The notes: generated by a model from the letters alone, not told the origin. 64,000 nt of DNA from Auanema rhodensis (GCA_964057225.1 OZ059896.1:7936001-8000000), one strand, 5' to 3'. Positions 7,001 through 22,400 are shown, counted from the stretch's first letter. Program-made: numbers and translations.

Positions 7001-10000
7001 ATCTTTTCCGTTTTCCCTATATTTATTCTGATACAAAAGATGTTATTTCATTTTTGTAGTTTTGGTTGTCTCTTGTATGTTAGTTTCTACTATGAAATAT
7101 GCGAATACGATATATTCGTAGCTTCCGTAGCGCAGTAGGCAGCGCGTCAGTCTCATAATCTGAAGGTCGTTACTTCTAGCCTCACCGGGAGCAATCTTTT
7201 CCATTTTTCCTATATTTATTCTGATACAAAAGATGTTATTTCATTTTTGTAGTTTTGGTTGTCTCTTGTATGTTAGTTTCTACTAAGAAATTTGCGCACA
7301 CGCTTTATTCGTAGCTTCCGTAGCGCAGTAGGCAGCGCGTCAGTCTCATAATCTGAAGGTCGTGAGTTCGAGCCTCACCGGGAGCAATCTTTTTCGTTTT
7401 CCCAGATTTATTCTGATACAAAAGATGTTATTTCATTTTTGTAGTTTTGGTTGTCTCTTGTATGTTAGTTTCTACTATGAAATATGCGAATACGATATAT
7501 TCGTAGCTTCCGTAGCGCAGTAGGCAGCGCGTCAGTCTCATAATCTGAAGGTCGTGAGTTCGAGCCTCACCGGGAGCAATCTTTTCCGTTTTCCGAGATT
7601 TATTCTGATACAAAATATGTTATTTCATTTTTGTAATTTTGGTTGTTTCTTGTATGTTTGTAGCTACTAAGAAATTTGCGCACACTCTATATTCGTAGCT
7701 TCCATAGCGCAGTAGGCAGCGCGTCAGTCTCATAATCTGAAGGTCGTGAGTTCGAGCCTCACCGGGAGCAATCTTTTCCGTTTTCCCAGATTTTTTCTGA
7801 TACAAAAGATGTTATTTCATTTTTGTAGTTTTGGTTGTCTCTTGTATGTTAGTTTCTACTATGAAATATGCGAATACGATATATTCGTAGCTTCCGTAGC
7901 GCAGTAGGCAGCGCGTCAGTCTCATAATCTGAAGGTCGTGAGTTCGAGCCTCACCGGGAGCAATCTTTTCCGTTTTCCTCGATTTATTCTGATACAAAAG
8001 ATATTCTTTCGTTTTTGTAATTTTGGTTGTCTCTTGTATGTTCGTAGCTACTAAGAAATATGCGAATACGATTTATTCGTAGCTTCCGTAGCGCAGTAGG
8101 CAGCGCGTCAGTCTCATAATCTGAAGATCGTGAGTTCGAGCCTCACCGGGAGCAATCTTTTCCGTTTTCCTCGATTTATTCTGATACAAAATATGTTATT
8201 TCATTTTTGTAATTTTGGTTGTCTCTTGTATGTTTGTAGCTACTAAGAAATTTGCGCACACGCTATATTCGTAGCTTCCGTAGCGCAGTAGGCAGCGCGT
8301 CAGTCTCATAATCTGAAGGTCGTGAGTTCGAGCCTCACCGGGAGCAATCTTTTCCGTTTTCCCAGATTTATTCTGATACAAAAGATGTTATTTCATTTTT
8401 GTAGTTTTGGTTGTCTCTTGTATGTTAGTTTCTACTAAGAAATATGCGAATACGATATATTCGTAGCTTCCGTAGCGCAGTAGGCAGCGCGTCAGTCTCA
8501 TAATCTGAAGGTCGTGAGTTCGAGCCTCACCGGGAGCAATCGTTTTCGTTTTCCTCGATTTATTCTGATACAAAAGATATTCTTTCATTTTTATAGTTTT
8601 GGTTGTCATTGTATGTTCGTAGCTACTAAGAAATATGCGAATACGATATATTCGTAGCTTCCGTAGCGCAGTAGGCAGCGCGTCAGTCTCATAATCTGAA
8701 GGTCGTGAGTTCGAGCCTCACCGGGAGCAATCTTTTCCGTTTTCCCAGATTTATTCTGATACAAAAGATGTTATTTCATTTTTGTAGTTTTGGTTGTCTC
8801 TTGTATGTTAGTTTCTACTATGAAATATGCGAATACGATATATTCGTAGCTTCCGTAGCGCAGTAGGCAGCGCGTCAGTCTCATAATCTGAAGGTCGTGA
8901 GTTCGAGCCTCACCGGGAGCAATCTTTTTCGTTTTCCTCGATTTATTCTGATACAAAAGATATTCTTTCATTTTTATAGTTTTGGTTGTCATTGTATGTT
9001 CGTAGCTACTAAGAAATATGCGAATACGATATATTCGTAGCTTCCGTAGCGCAGTAGGCAGCGCGTCAGTCTCATAATCTGAAGGTCATGAGTTCGAGCC
9101 TCACCGGGAGCAATCTTTTCCGTTTTCCCAGATTTATTCTGATACAAAAGATGTTATATCATTTTTGTAGTTTTAGTTGTCTCTTGTATGTTAGTTTCTA
9201 CTATGAAATATGCGAATACGATATATTCGTAGCTTCCGTAGCGCAGTAGGCAGCGCGTCAGTCTCATAATCTGAAGGTCGTGAGTTCGAGCCTCACCGGG
9301 AGCAATCTTTTCCGTTTTCCGAGATTTATTCTGATACAAAATATGTTATTTCATTTTTGTAATTTTGGTTGTTTCTTGTATGTTTGTAGCTACTAAGAAA
9401 TTTGCGCACACGATATATTCGTAGCTTCCGTAGCGCAGTAGGCAGCGCGTCAGTCTCATAATCTGAAGGTCGTTACTTCTAGCCTCACCGGGAGCAATCT
9501 TTTCCGTTTTCCCTATATTTATTCTGATACAAAAGATATTCTTCCATTTTTATAGTTTTGGTTGTCATTGTATGTTCGTAGCTACTAAGAAATATGCGAA
9601 TACGATTTATTCGTAGCTTCCGTAGCGCAGTAGGCAGCGCGTCAGTCTCATAATCTGAAGGTCGTGAGTTCGAGCCTCACCGGGAGCAATCTTTTCCGTT
9701 TTCCTCGATTTATTCTGATACAAAAGATATTCTTTCATTTTTGTAATTTTGGTTGTCTCTTGTATGTTCGTAGCTACTAAGAAATATGCGAATACGATTT
9801 ATTCGCAGCTTCCGTAGCGCAGTAGGCAGCGCGTCAGTCTCATAATCTGAAGATCGTGAGTTCGAGCCTCACCGGGAGCAATCTTTTCCGTTTTCCTCGA
9901 TTTATTCTGATACAAAATATGTTATTTCATTTTTGTAATTTTGGTTGTCTCTTGTATGTTTGTAGCTACTAAGAAATTTGCGCACACGCTATATTCGTAG

Positions 10001-12198
10001 CTTCCGTAGCGCAGTAGGCAGCGCGTCAGTCTCATAATCTGAAGGTCGTGAGTTCGAGCCTCACCGGGAGCAATCTTTTCCGTTTTCCCAGATTTTTTCT
10101 GATACAAAAGATGTTATTTCATTTTTGTAGTTTTGGTTGTCTCTTGTATGTTAGTTTCTACTATGAAATATGCGAATACGATATATTCGTAGCTTCCGTA
10201 GCGCAGTAGGCAGCGCGTCAGTCTCATAATCTGAAGGTCGTTACTTCTAGCCTCACCGGGAGCAATCTTTTCCGTTTTCCCTATATTTATTCTGATACAA
10301 AAGATATTCTTCCATTTTTATAGTTTTGGTTGTCATTGTATGTTCGTAGCTACTAAGAAATATGCGAATACGATTTATTCGTAGCTTCCGTAGCGCAGTA
10401 GGCAGCGCGTCAGTCTCATAATCTGAAGGTCGTGAGTTCGAGCCTCACCGGGAGCAATCTTTTCCGTTTTCCTCGATTTATTCTGATACAAAAGATATTC
10501 TTTCATTTTTGTAATTTTGGTTGTCTCTTGTATGTTCGTAGCTACTAAGAAATATGCGAATACGATTTATTCGTAGCTTCCGTAGCGCAGTAGGCAGCGC
10601 GTCAGTCTCATAATCTGGAGATCGTGAGTTCGAGCCTCACCGGGAGCAATCTTTTCCGTTTTCCTCGATTTATTCTGATACAAAATATGTTATTTCATTT
10701 TTGTAATTTTGGTTGTCTCTTGTATGTTTGTAGCTACTAAGAAATTTGCGCACACGCTATATTCGTAGCTTCCGTAGCGCAGTAGGCAGCGCGTCAGTCT
10801 CATAATCTGAAGGTCGTGAGTTCGAGCCTCACCGGGAGCAATCTTTTCCGTTTTCCCAGATTTATTCTGATACAAAAGATGTTATTTCATTTTTGTAGTT
10901 TTGGTTGTCTCTTGTATGTTAGTTTCTACTAAGAAATATGCGAATACGATATATTCGTAGCTTCCGTAGCGCAGTAGGCAGCGCGTCAGTCTCATAATCT
11001 GAAGGTCGTGAGTTCGAGCCTCACCGGGAGCAATCGTTTTCGTTTTCCTCGATTTATTCTGATACAAAAGATATTCTTTCATTTTTATAGTTTTGGTTGT
11101 CATTGTATGTTCGTAGCTACTAAGAAATATGCGAATACGATATATTCGTAGCTTCCGTAGCGCAGTAGGCAGCGCGTCAGTCTCATAATCTGAAGGTCGT
11201 GAGTTCGAGCCTCACCGGGAGCAATCTTTTCCGTTTTCCCAGATTTATTCTGATACAAAAGATGTTATTTCATTTTTGTAGTTTTGGTTGTCTCTTGTAT
11301 GTTAGTTTCTACTATGAAATATGCGAATACGATATATTCGTAGCTTCCGTAGCGCAATAGGCAGCGCGTCAGTCTCATAATCTGAAGGTCGTGAGTTCGA
11401 GCCTCACCGGGAGCAATTTTTTTCGTTTTCCTCGATTTATTCTGATACAAAAGATATTCTTTCATTTTTATAGTTTTGGTTGTCATTGTATGTTCGTAGC
11501 TACTAAGAAATATGCGAATACGATATATTCGTAGCTTCCGTAGCGCAGTAGGCAGCGCGTCAGTCTCATAATCTGAAGGTCGTGAGTTCGAGCCTCACCG
11601 GGAGCAATCTTTTCCGTTTTCCCAGATTTATTCTGATACAAAAGATGTTATTTCATTTTTGTAGTTTTGGTTGTCTCTTGTATGTTAGTTTCTACTATGA
11701 AATATGCGAATACGATATATTCGTAGCTTCCGTAGCGCAGTAGGCAGCGCGTCAGTCTCATAATCTGAAGGTCGTGAGTTCGAGCCTCACCGGGAGCAAT
11801 CTTTTTCGTTTTCCTCGATTTATTCTGATACAAAAGATATTCTTTCATTTTTATAGTTTTGGTTGTCATTGTATGTTCGTAGCTACTAAGAAATATGCGA
11901 ATACGATATATTCGTAGCTTCCGTAGCGCAGTAGGCAGCGCGTCAGTCTCATAATCTGAAGGTCGTGAGTTCGAGCCTCACCGGGAGCAATCTTTTCCGT
12001 TTTCCCAGATTTATTCTGATACAAAAGATGTTATATCATTTTTGTAGTTTTAGTTGTCTCTTGTATGTTCGTAGCTACTAAGAAATATGCGAATACGATA
12101 TATTCGTAGCTTCCGTAGCGCAGTAGGCAGCGCGTCAGTCTCATAATCTGAAGGTCGTGAGTTCGAGCCTCACCGGGAGCAATCTTTTTCGTTTTCCT

Positions 12199-13394
12199 TG
12201 AGGAAAGTGTTGGTGTTGATTACCTAGTACATAAGCTGAACTTTTTATAACGTTATCATCTATAAATCTAATCCTATCTCGTTGTGTTAGCTCTTAGTTC
12301 ACATATTTGAGTTTCTTCCTGGGTACATTCAACAATATCAATGAAAATACATTCAAAAAGGTAGCTGTTACCATTTCATCTACTCCAAATATACTCAGAG
12401 AGGTAACCATCGAACATATTTTGCTGTACCCTGTGCATGCGCTTGCTTTTAGTTTTAGCTTAATCTCAAAGACCTTCAATTATTTTGGTATTAGCTCCGG
12501 TCTCGGGATCCGTGAAGTTATACGTATGATTAACTGTTAAATGCCTATAATTTTGTGAAAGACTATTAATACTCCCGTATGCTCTCCAACAATCACTCAG
12601 TATATTAATTTCACGCTCAATACAATTAATAACGCAGCTGTTTAAGGTTTCTGCACTTCTATCAGGAACAGCAGAAAACCCATTGCGCTGGCCTAATACT
12701 ACCCGCATTAAACTTTCTGCTAGAAACTAACGTTTCATCAAATTCAACAGTCAAACTGGGATCTCCAATCTTTGGAGAATGCTTCAAGAGTTTAAATGCA
12801 CAAACTTTTCTTATATATTTATTATAATCCACGGCTGTTTTGCAAGAGCTTATCCCTAACTCATATTGACAGAACTTTACAGTAGTGTATTCCTTGCTCC
12901 AGCCGTGTACGAAAAAAATGAACTTGGTATAACCGAATTTTGAGCCTAAAATGTTTGTGTTGATTATATTCAGATTTTAACTTCATGAATTGATGAAATG
13001 TTCCTTTTTTTGTTAAAATTTCTCTTCTACAGTCTTTTCTAATATACCTTCACTTATTTCGAGCAGCAGAAAGACTCATTTGTCGTGTTCATCGGTCACC
13101 TTCGTTAGTTTGAGAGATTATTTCCTTCTCTTGCAGGAATTGGATGGCATCAGCTTCAGTACGATGTCTCTTTTTTGGAGCGAACATTTAGACGAAGTAT
13201 GGTTGATAATGCAGAAGCAATGACTAATAATGATTCAATTTTTATATCATAATATAATCAAGTTTTATTATACTTATTACAGACATTTACAAAGTAATAT
13301 TCGCTTTCATAATTCATTGTGAATGTAATGAAATATTATTCCTTAATAGAAAGAGACCCCTCCCCCCCAAAGCCCTAGATACGGAAAAAGAACC
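12199..13394 (-). mobile_element. Defective Merlin (IS1595/ISXO2-like DDE) DNA transposon fragment, long form 1196 bp, copy 1
   Basis: Frameshifted peptides KIGDPSLTVEFDETLVSSRKFNAG...QWVF and VPDRSAETL...ILSDCWRAY...HLTVNHTYNFTDPETGANTKIIEGL match Merlin/ISXO2 transposase motifs. One GG-starting end (GGTTCTTTTTCCGTATCTAGG on minus); no matching repeat at the other end. Confidence 0.85.
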
Positions 13395-15522
13395 GCAATC
13401 GTTTTCGTTTTCCTCGATTTATTCCGATACAAAAGATGTTATTTCATTTTTGTCGTTATGGTTGTCTCTTGTATGTTCGTAGCTACTAAGAAATTTGCGC
13501 ACACGCTATATTCGTAGCTTCCGTAGCGCAGTAGGCAGCGCGTCAGTCTCATAATCTGAAGGTCGTGAGTTCGAGCCTCACGGGGAGCAATCTTTTCCGT
13601 TTTCCCAGATTTATTCTGATACAAAAGATGTTATTTCATTTTTGTAGTTTTGGTTGTCTCTTGTATGTTAGTTTCTACTATGAAATATGCGAATACGATA
13701 TATTCGTAGCTTCCGTAGCGCAGTAGGCAGCGCGTCAGTCTCATAATCTGAAGGTCGTGAGTTCGAGCCTCACCGGGAGCAATCTTTTTCGTTTTCCTCG
13801 ATTTATTCTGATACAAAAGATATTCTTTCATTTTTATAGTTTTGGTTGTCATTGTATGTTCGTAGCTACTAAGAAATATGCGAATACGATATATTCGTAG
13901 CTTCCGTAGCGCAGTAGGCAGCGCGTCAGTCTCATAATCTGAAGGTCGTGAGTTCGAGCCTCACCGGGAGCAATCTTTTCCGTTTTCCCAGATTTATTCT
14001 GATACAAAAGATGTTATATCATTTTTGTAGTTTTAGTTGTCTCTTGTATGTTAGTTTCTACTATGAAATATGCGAATACGATATATTCGTAGCTTCCGTA
14101 GCGCAGTAGGCAGCGCGTCAGTCTCATAATCTGAAGGTCGTGAGTTCGAGCCTCACCGGGAGCAATCTTTTTCGTTTTCCTCGATTTATTGTGATACAAA
14201 AGATATTCTTTCATTTTTATAGTTTTAGTTGTCTCTTGTATGTTCGTAGCTACTAAGAAATATGCGAATACGATATATTCGTAGCTTCCGTAGCGCAGTA
14301 GGCAGCGCGTCAGTCTCATAATCTGAAGGTCGTGAGTTCGAGCCTCACCGGGAGCAATCTTTTCCGTTTTCCCAGATTTATTCTGATACAAAAGATGTTA
14401 TTTCATTTTTGTAGTTTTGGTTGTCTCTTGTATGTTAGTTTCTACTATGAAATATGCGAATACGATATATTCGTAGCTTCCGTAGCGCAGTAGGCAGCGC
14501 GTCAGTCTCATAATCTGAAGGTCGTGAGTTCGAGCCTCACCGGGAGCAATTTTTTTCGTTTTCCTCGATTTATTCTGATACAAAAGATATTCTTTCATTT
14601 TTATAGTTTTGGTTGTCATTGTATGTTCGTAGCTACTAAGAAATATGCGAATACGATATATTCGTAGCTTCCGTAGCGCAGTAGGCAGCGCGTCAGTCTC
14701 ATAATCTGAAGGTCGTGAGTTCGAGCCTCACCGGGAGCAATCTTTTCCGTTTTCCCAGATTTATTCTGATACAAAAGATGTTATATCATTTTTGTAGTTT
14801 TAGTTGTCTCTTGTATGTTAGTTTCTACTATGAAATATGCGAATACGATATATTCGTAGCTTCCGTAGCGCAGTAGGCAGCGCGTCAGTCTCATAATCTG
14901 AAGGTCGTGAGTTCGAGCCTCACCGGGAGCAATCTTTTTCGTTTTCCTCGATTTAATCTGATACAAAAGATATTCTTTCATTTTTATAGTTTTGGTTATC
15001 ATTGTATGTTCGTAGCTACTAAGAAATATGCGAATACGATATATTCGTAGCTTCCGTAGCGCAGTAGGCAGCGCGTCAGTCTCATAATCTGAAGGTCGTG
15101 AGTTCGAGCCTCACCGGGAGCAATCTTTTTCGTTTTCCTCGATTTATTCTGATACAAAAGATATTCTTTCATTTTTATAGTTTTGGTTGTCATTCTATGT
15201 TCGTAGCTACTAAGAAATATGCGAATACGATATATTCGTAGCTTCCGTAGCGCAGTAGGCAGCGCGTCAGTCTCATAATCTGAAGATCGTGAGTTCGAGC
15301 CTCACCGGGAGCAATCTTTTCCGTTTTCCCAGATTTATTCTGATACAAAAGATGTTATATCATTTTTGTAGTTTTAGTTGTCTCTTGTATGTTCGTAGCT
15401 ACTAAGAAATATGCGAATACGATATATTCGTAGCTTCCGTAGCGCAGTAGGCAGCGCGTCAGTCTCATAATCTGAAGGTCGTGAGTTCGAGCCTCACCGG
15501 GAGCAATCTTTTTCGTTTTCCT

Positions 15523-16718
15523 TGAGGAAAGTGTTGGTGTTGATTACCTAGTACATAAGCTGAACTTTTTATAACGTTATCATCTATAAATCTAATCCTA
15601 TCTCGTTGTGTTAGCTCTTAGTTCACATATTTGAGTTTCTTCCTGGGTACATTCAACAATATCAATGAAAATACATTCAAAAAGGTAGCTGTTACCATTT
15701 CATCTACTCCAAATATACTCAGAGAGGTAACCATCGAACATATTTTGCTGTACCCTGTGCATGCGCTTGCTTTTAGTTTTAGCTTAATCTCAAAGACCTT
15801 CAATTATTTTGGTATTAGCTCCGGTCTCGGGATCCGTGAAGTTATACGTATGATTAACTGTTAAATGCCTATAATTTTGTGAAAGACTATTAATACTCCC
15901 GTATGCTCTCCAACAATCACTCAGTATATTAATTTCACGCTCAATACAATTAATAACGCAGCTGTTTAAGGTTTCTGCACTTCTATCAGGAACAGCAGAA
16001 AACCCATTGCGCTGGCCTAATACTACCCGCATTAAACTTTCTGCTAGAAACTAACGTTTCATCAAATTCAACAGTCAAACTGGGATCTCCAATCTTTGGA
16101 GAATGCTTCAAGAGTTTAAATGCACAAACTTTTCTTATATATTTATTATAATCCACGGCTGTTTTGCAAGAGCTTATCCCTAACTCATATTGACAGAACT
16201 TTACAGTAGTGTATTCCTTGCTCCAGCCGTGTACGAAAAAAATGAACTTGGTATAACCGAATTTTGAGCCTAAAATGTTTGTGTTGATTATATTCAGATT
16301 TTAACTTCATGAATTGATGAAATGTTCCTTTTTTTGTTAAAATTTCTCTTCTACAGTCTTTTCTAATATACCTTCACTTATTTCGAGCAGCAGAAAGACT
16401 CATTTGTCGTGTTCATCGGTCACCTTCGTTAGTTTGAGAGATTATTTCCTTCTCTTGCAGGAATTGGATGGCATCAGCTTCAGTACGAAGTCTCTTTTTT
16501 GGAGCGAAAAATTAGACGAAGTATGGTTGATAATGCAGAAGCAATGACCAATAATGATTCAATTTTTATATCATAATATAATCAAGTTTTATTATACTTA
16601 TTACAGACATTTACAAAGTAATATTCGCTTTCATAATTCATTGTGAATGTAATGAAATATTATTCCTTAATAGAAAGAGACCCCTCCCCCCCAAAGCCCT
16701 AGATACGGAAAAAGAACC
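15523..16718 (-). mobile_element. Merlin fragment, long form, copy 2
   Basis: Near-identical to 12199-13394, same junctions. Confidence 0.85.
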
Positions 16719-18271
16719 GCAATCGTTTTCGTTTTAATCGATTTATTCCGATACAAAAGATGTTATTTCATTTTTGTAGTTATGGTTGTCTCTTGTATGT
16801 TCGTAGCTACTAAGAAATTTGCGCACACGCTATATTCGTAGCTTCCGTAGCGCAGTAGGCAGCGCGTCAGTCTCATAATCTGAAGGTCGTGAGTTCGAGC
16901 CTCACCGGGAGCAATCTTTTCCGTTTTCCCAGATTTATTCTGATACAAAAGATGTTATTTCATTTTTGTAGTTTTGGTTGTCTCTTGTATGTTAGTTTCT
17001 ACTATGAAATATGCGAATACGATATATTCGTAGCTTCCGTAGCGCAGTAGGCAACGCGTCAGTCTCATAATCTGAAGGTCGTGAGTTCGAGCCTCACCGG
17101 GAGCAATCTTTTTCGTTTTCCTCGATTTATTCTGATACAAAAGATATTCTTTCATTTTTATAGTTTTGGTTGTCATTGTATGTTCGTAGCTACTAAGAAA
17201 TATGCGAATACGATATATTCGTAGCTTCCGTAGCGCAGTAGGCAACGCGTCAGTCTCATAATCTGAAGGTCGTGAGTTCGAGCCTCACCGGGAGCAATCT
17301 TTTCCGTTTTCCCAGATTTATTCTGATACAAAAGATGTTATTTCATTTTTGTAGTTTTGGTTGTCTCTTGTATGTTAGTTTCTACTATGAAATATGCGAA
17401 TACGATATATTCGTAGCTTCCGTAGCGCAGTAGGCAACGCGTCAGTCTCATAATCTGAAGGTCGTGAGTTCGAGCCTCACCGGGAGCAATCTTTTCCGTT
17501 TTCCCAGATTTATTCTGATACAAAAGATGTTATTTCATTTTTGTAGTTTTGGTTGTCTCTTGTATGTTAGTTTCTACTATGAAATATGCGAATACGATAT
17601 ATTCGTAGCTTCCGTAGCGCAGTAGGCAGCGCGTCAGTCTCATAATCTGAAGGTCGTGAGTTCGAGCCTCACCGGGAGCAATTTTTTTCGTTTTCCTCGA
17701 TTTATTCTGATACAAAAGATATTCTTTCATTTTTATAGTTTTGGTTGTCATTGTATGTTCGTAGCTACTAAGAAATATGCGAATACGATATATTCGTAGC
17801 TTCCGTAGCGCAGTAGGCAGCGCGTCAGTCTCATAATCTGAAGGTCGTGAGTTCGAGCCTCACCGGGAGCAATCTTTTCCGTTTTCCCAGATTTATTCTG
17901 ATACAAAAGATGTTATATCATTTTTGTAGTTTTAGTTGTCTCTTGTATGTTAGTTTCTACTATGAAATATGCGAATACGATATATTCGTAGCTTCCGTAG
18001 CGCAGTAGGCAGCGCGTCAGTCTCATAATCTGAAGGTCGTGAGTTCGAGCCTCACCGGGAGCAATCTTTTTCGTTTTCCTCGATTTAATCTGATACAAAA
18101 GATATTCTTTCATTTTTATAGTTTTGGTTGTCATTGTATGTTCGTAGCTACTAAGAAATTTGCGCACACGCTGTATTCGTAGTTTCCGTAGCGCAGTAGG
18201 CAGCGCCTCAGTCTCATAATCTGAAGGTCGTGAGTTCGAGCCTCACCGGGAGCAATCGTTTTCGTTTTCCT

Positions 18272-19467
18272 TGAGGAAAGTGTTGGTGTTGATTACCTAG
18301 TACATAAGCTGAACTTTTTATAACGTTATCATCTATAAATCTAATCCTATCTCGTTGTGTTAGCTCTTAGTTCACATATTTGAGTTTCTTCATGGGTACA
18401 TTCAACAATATCAATAAAAATACATTCAAAAAGGTAGCTGTTACCATTTCATCTACTCCAAATATACTCAGAGAGGTAACCATCCAACATATTTTACTAT
18501 ACCCTGTGCATGCGCTTGCTTTTAGTTTTGGCTAAATCTCAAAGACCTTCAATTATTTTGGTATTAGCTCCGGTCTCGGGATCCGTGAAGTTATACGTAT
18601 GATTAACTGTTAAATGCCTATAATTTTGTGAAAGACTTTTAATACTCCCATATGCTCTCCAACCATCGCTCAGTATATTAATTTCACGCTCAATACAATT
18701 AATAACGCAGCTGTTTAACGTTTCTGCACTTCTATCAGGAACAGCAGAAAACCCATTGCGCTGGCCTAATACTACCCGCATTAAACTTTCTGCTAGAAAC
18801 TAACGTTTCATCAAATTCAACAGTCAAACTGGGATCTCCAATCTTTGGAGAATGCTTCAAGAGGTTAAATGCACAAACTTTTCTTATATATTTATTATAA
18901 TCCACGGCTGTTTTGCAAGAGCTTATTCCTAACTCATATTGACAGAACTTTACAGTAGTGTATTCCTTGCTCCAGCCGTGTACGAAAAAAATGAACTTGG
19001 TATAACCGAATTTTGAGCCTAAAATGTTTGTGTTGATTATATTCAGATTTTAACTTTATGAGTTGATGAAATGTTCCATTTTTTGTTAAAATTTCTCTTC
19101 TACAGTCTTTTCTAATATACCTTCACTTATTTCGAGCAGCAGAAAGACTCATTTGTCGTGTTCATCGGTCACCTTCGTTAGTTTGAGAGATTATTTCCTT
19201 CTCTTGCAGGAATTGGATGGCATCAGCTTCAGTACGAAGTCTCTTTTTTGGAGCGAACATTTAGACAAAGTATGGTTGATAATGCAGAAGCAATGACCAA
19301 TAATGATTCAATTTTTATATCATAATATAATCAAGTTTTATTATACTTATTACAGACATTTACAAAGTAATATTCGCTTTCATAATTCATTGTGAATGTA
19401 ATGAAATATTATTCCTTAATAGAAAGAGACCCCTCCCCCCCAAAGCCCTAGATACGGAAAAAGAACC
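18272..19467 (-). mobile_element. Merlin fragment, long form, copy 3
   Basis: Near-identical, same junctions. Confidence 0.85.
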
Positions 19468-22400
19468 GCAATCGTTTTCGTTTTCCTCGATTTATTCCGA
19501 TACAAAAGATGTTATTTCATTTTTGTCGTTATGGTTGTCTCTTGTATGTTCGTAGCTACTAAGAAATTTGCGCACACGCTATATTCGTAGCTTCCGTAGC
19601 GCAGTAGGCAGCGCGTCAGTCTCATAATCTGAAGGTCGTGAGTTCGAGCCTCACCGGGAGCAATCTTTTCCGTTTTCCCAGATTTATTCTGATACAAAAG
19701 ATGTTATTTCATTTTTGTAGTTTTGGTTGTCTCTTGTATGTTAGTTTCTACTATGAAATATGCGAATACGATATATTCGTAGCTTCCGTAGCGCAGTAGG
19801 CAGCGCGTCAGTCTCATAATCTGAAGGTCGTGAGTTCGAGCCTCACCGGGAGCAATCTTTTTCGTTTTCCTCGATTTATTCTGATACAAAAGATATTCTT
19901 TCATTTTTATAGTTTTGGTTGTCATTGTATGTTCGTAGCTACTAAGAAATATGCGAATACGATATATTCGTAGCTTCCGTAGCGCAGTAGGCAGCGCGTC
20001 AGTCTCATAATCTGAAGGTCGTGAGTTCGAGCCTCACCGGGAGCAATCTTTTCCGTTTTCCCAGATTTATTCTGATACAAAAGATGTTATATCATTTTTG
20101 TAGTTTTAGTTGTCTCTTGTATGTTAGTTTCTACTATGAAATATGCGAATACGATATATTCGTAGCTTCCGTAGCGCAGTAGGCAGCGCGTCAGTCTCAT
20201 AATCTGAAGGTCGTGAGTTCGAGCCTCACCGGGAGCAATCTTTTTCGTTTTCCTCGATTTAATCTGATACAAAAGATATTCTTTCATTTTTATAGTTTTG
20301 GTTGTCATTGTATGTTCGTAGCTACTAAGAAATATGCGAATACGATATATTCGTAGCTTCCGTAGCGCAGTAGGCAGCGCGTCAGTCTCATAATCTGAAG
20401 GTCGTGAGTTCGAGCCTCACCGGGAGCAATCTTTTTCGTTTTCCTCGATTTATTCTGATACAAAAGATATTCTTTCATTTTTATAGTTTTGGTTGTCATT
20501 GTATGTTCGTAGCTACTAAGAAATATGCGAATACGATATATTCGTAGCTTCCGTAGCGCAGTAGGCAGCGCGTCAGTCTCATAATCTGAAGGTCGTGAGT
20601 TCGAGCCTCACCGGGAGCAATCTTTTCCGTTTTCCCAGATTTATTCTGATACAAAAGATGTTATATCATTTTTGTAGTTTTAGTTGTCTCTTGTATGTTA
20701 GTTTCTACTATGAAATATGCGAATACGATATATTCGTAGCTTCCGTAGCGCAGTAGGCAGCGCGTCAGTCTCATAATCTGAAGGTCGTGAGTTCGAGCCT
20801 CACCGGGAGCAATCTTTTTCGTTTTCCTCGATTTAATCTGATACAAAAGATATTCTTTCATTTTTATAGTTTTGGTTGTCATTGTATGTTCGTAGCTACT
20901 AAGAAATATGCGAATACGATATATTCGTAGCTTCCGTAGCGCAGTAGGCAGCGCGTCAGTCTCATAATCTGAAGGTCGTGAGTTCGAGCCTCACCGGGAG
21001 CAATCTTTTTCGTTTTCCTCGATTTATTCTGATACAAAAGATATTCTTTCATTTTTATAGTTTTGGTTGTCATTGTATGTTCGTAGCTACTAAGAAATAT
21101 GCGAATACGATATATTCGTAGCTTCCGTAGCGCAGTAGGCAGCGCGTCAGTCTCATAATCTGAAGGTCGTGAGTTCGAGCCTCACCGGGAGCAATCTTTT
21201 CCGTTTTCCCAGATTTATTCTGATACAAAAGATGTTATATCATTTTTGTAGTTTTAGTTGTCTCTTGTATGTTAGTTTCTACTATGAAATATGCGAATAC
21301 GATATATTCGTAGCTTCCGTAGCGCAGTAGGCAGCGCGTCAGTCTCATAATCTGAAGGTCGTGAGTTCGAGCCTCACCGGGAGCAATCTTTTTCGTTTTC
21401 CTCGATTTAATCTGATACAAAAGATATTCTTTCATTTTTATAGTTTTGGTTGTCATTGTATGTTCGTAGCTACTAAGAAATATGCGAATACGATATATTC
21501 GTAGCTTCCGTAGCGCAGTAGGCAGCGCGTCAGTCTCATAATCTGAAGGTCGTGAGTTCGAGCCTCACCGGGAGCAATCTTTTCCGTTTTCCCAGATTTA
21601 TTCTGATACAAAAGATGTTATATCATTTTTGTAGTTTTAGTTGTCTCTTGTATGTTAGTTTCTACTATGAAATATGCGAATACGATATATTCGTAGCTTC
21701 CGTAGCGCAGTAGGCAGCGCGTCAGTCTCATAATCTGAAGGTCGTGAGTTCGAGCCTCACCGGGAGCAATCTTTTTCGTTTTCCTCGATTTAATCTGATA
21801 CAAAAGATATTCTTTCATTTTTATAGTTTTGGTTGTCATTGTATGTTCGTAGCTACTAAGAAATATGCGAATACGATATATTCGTAGCTTCCGTAGCGCA
21901 GTAGGCAGCGCGTCAGTCTCATAATCTGAAGGTCGTGAGTTCGAGCCTCACCGGGAGCAATCTTTTTCGTTTTCCTCGATTTATTCTGATACAAAAGATA
22001 TTCTTTCATTTTTATAGTTTTGGTTGTCATTGTATGTTCGTAGCTACTAAGAAATATGCGAATACGATATATTCGTAGCTTCCGTAGCGCAGTAGGCAGC
22101 GCGTCAGTCTCATAATCTGAAGGTCGTGAGTTCGAGCCTCACCGGGAGCAATCTTTTCCGTTTTCCCAGATTTATTCTGATACAAAAGATGTTATATCAT
22201 TTTTGTAGTTTTAGTTGTCTCTTGTATGTTAGTTTCTACTATGAAATATGCGAATACGATATATTCGTAGCTTCCGTAGCGCAGTAGGCAGCGCGTCAGT
22301 CTCATAATCTGAAGGTCGTGAGTTCGAGCCTCACCGGGAGCAATCTTTTTCGTTTTCCTCGATTTAATCTGATACAAAAGATATTCTTTCATTTTTATAG

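Noticed and set aside
12199-13394. Bacterial IS1595 or an active transposase gene
   Set aside because: The context is eukaryotic, and Merlin is the eukaryotic relative. The coding region has an internal deletion after QWVF, frameshifts and stops, and only one terminus.
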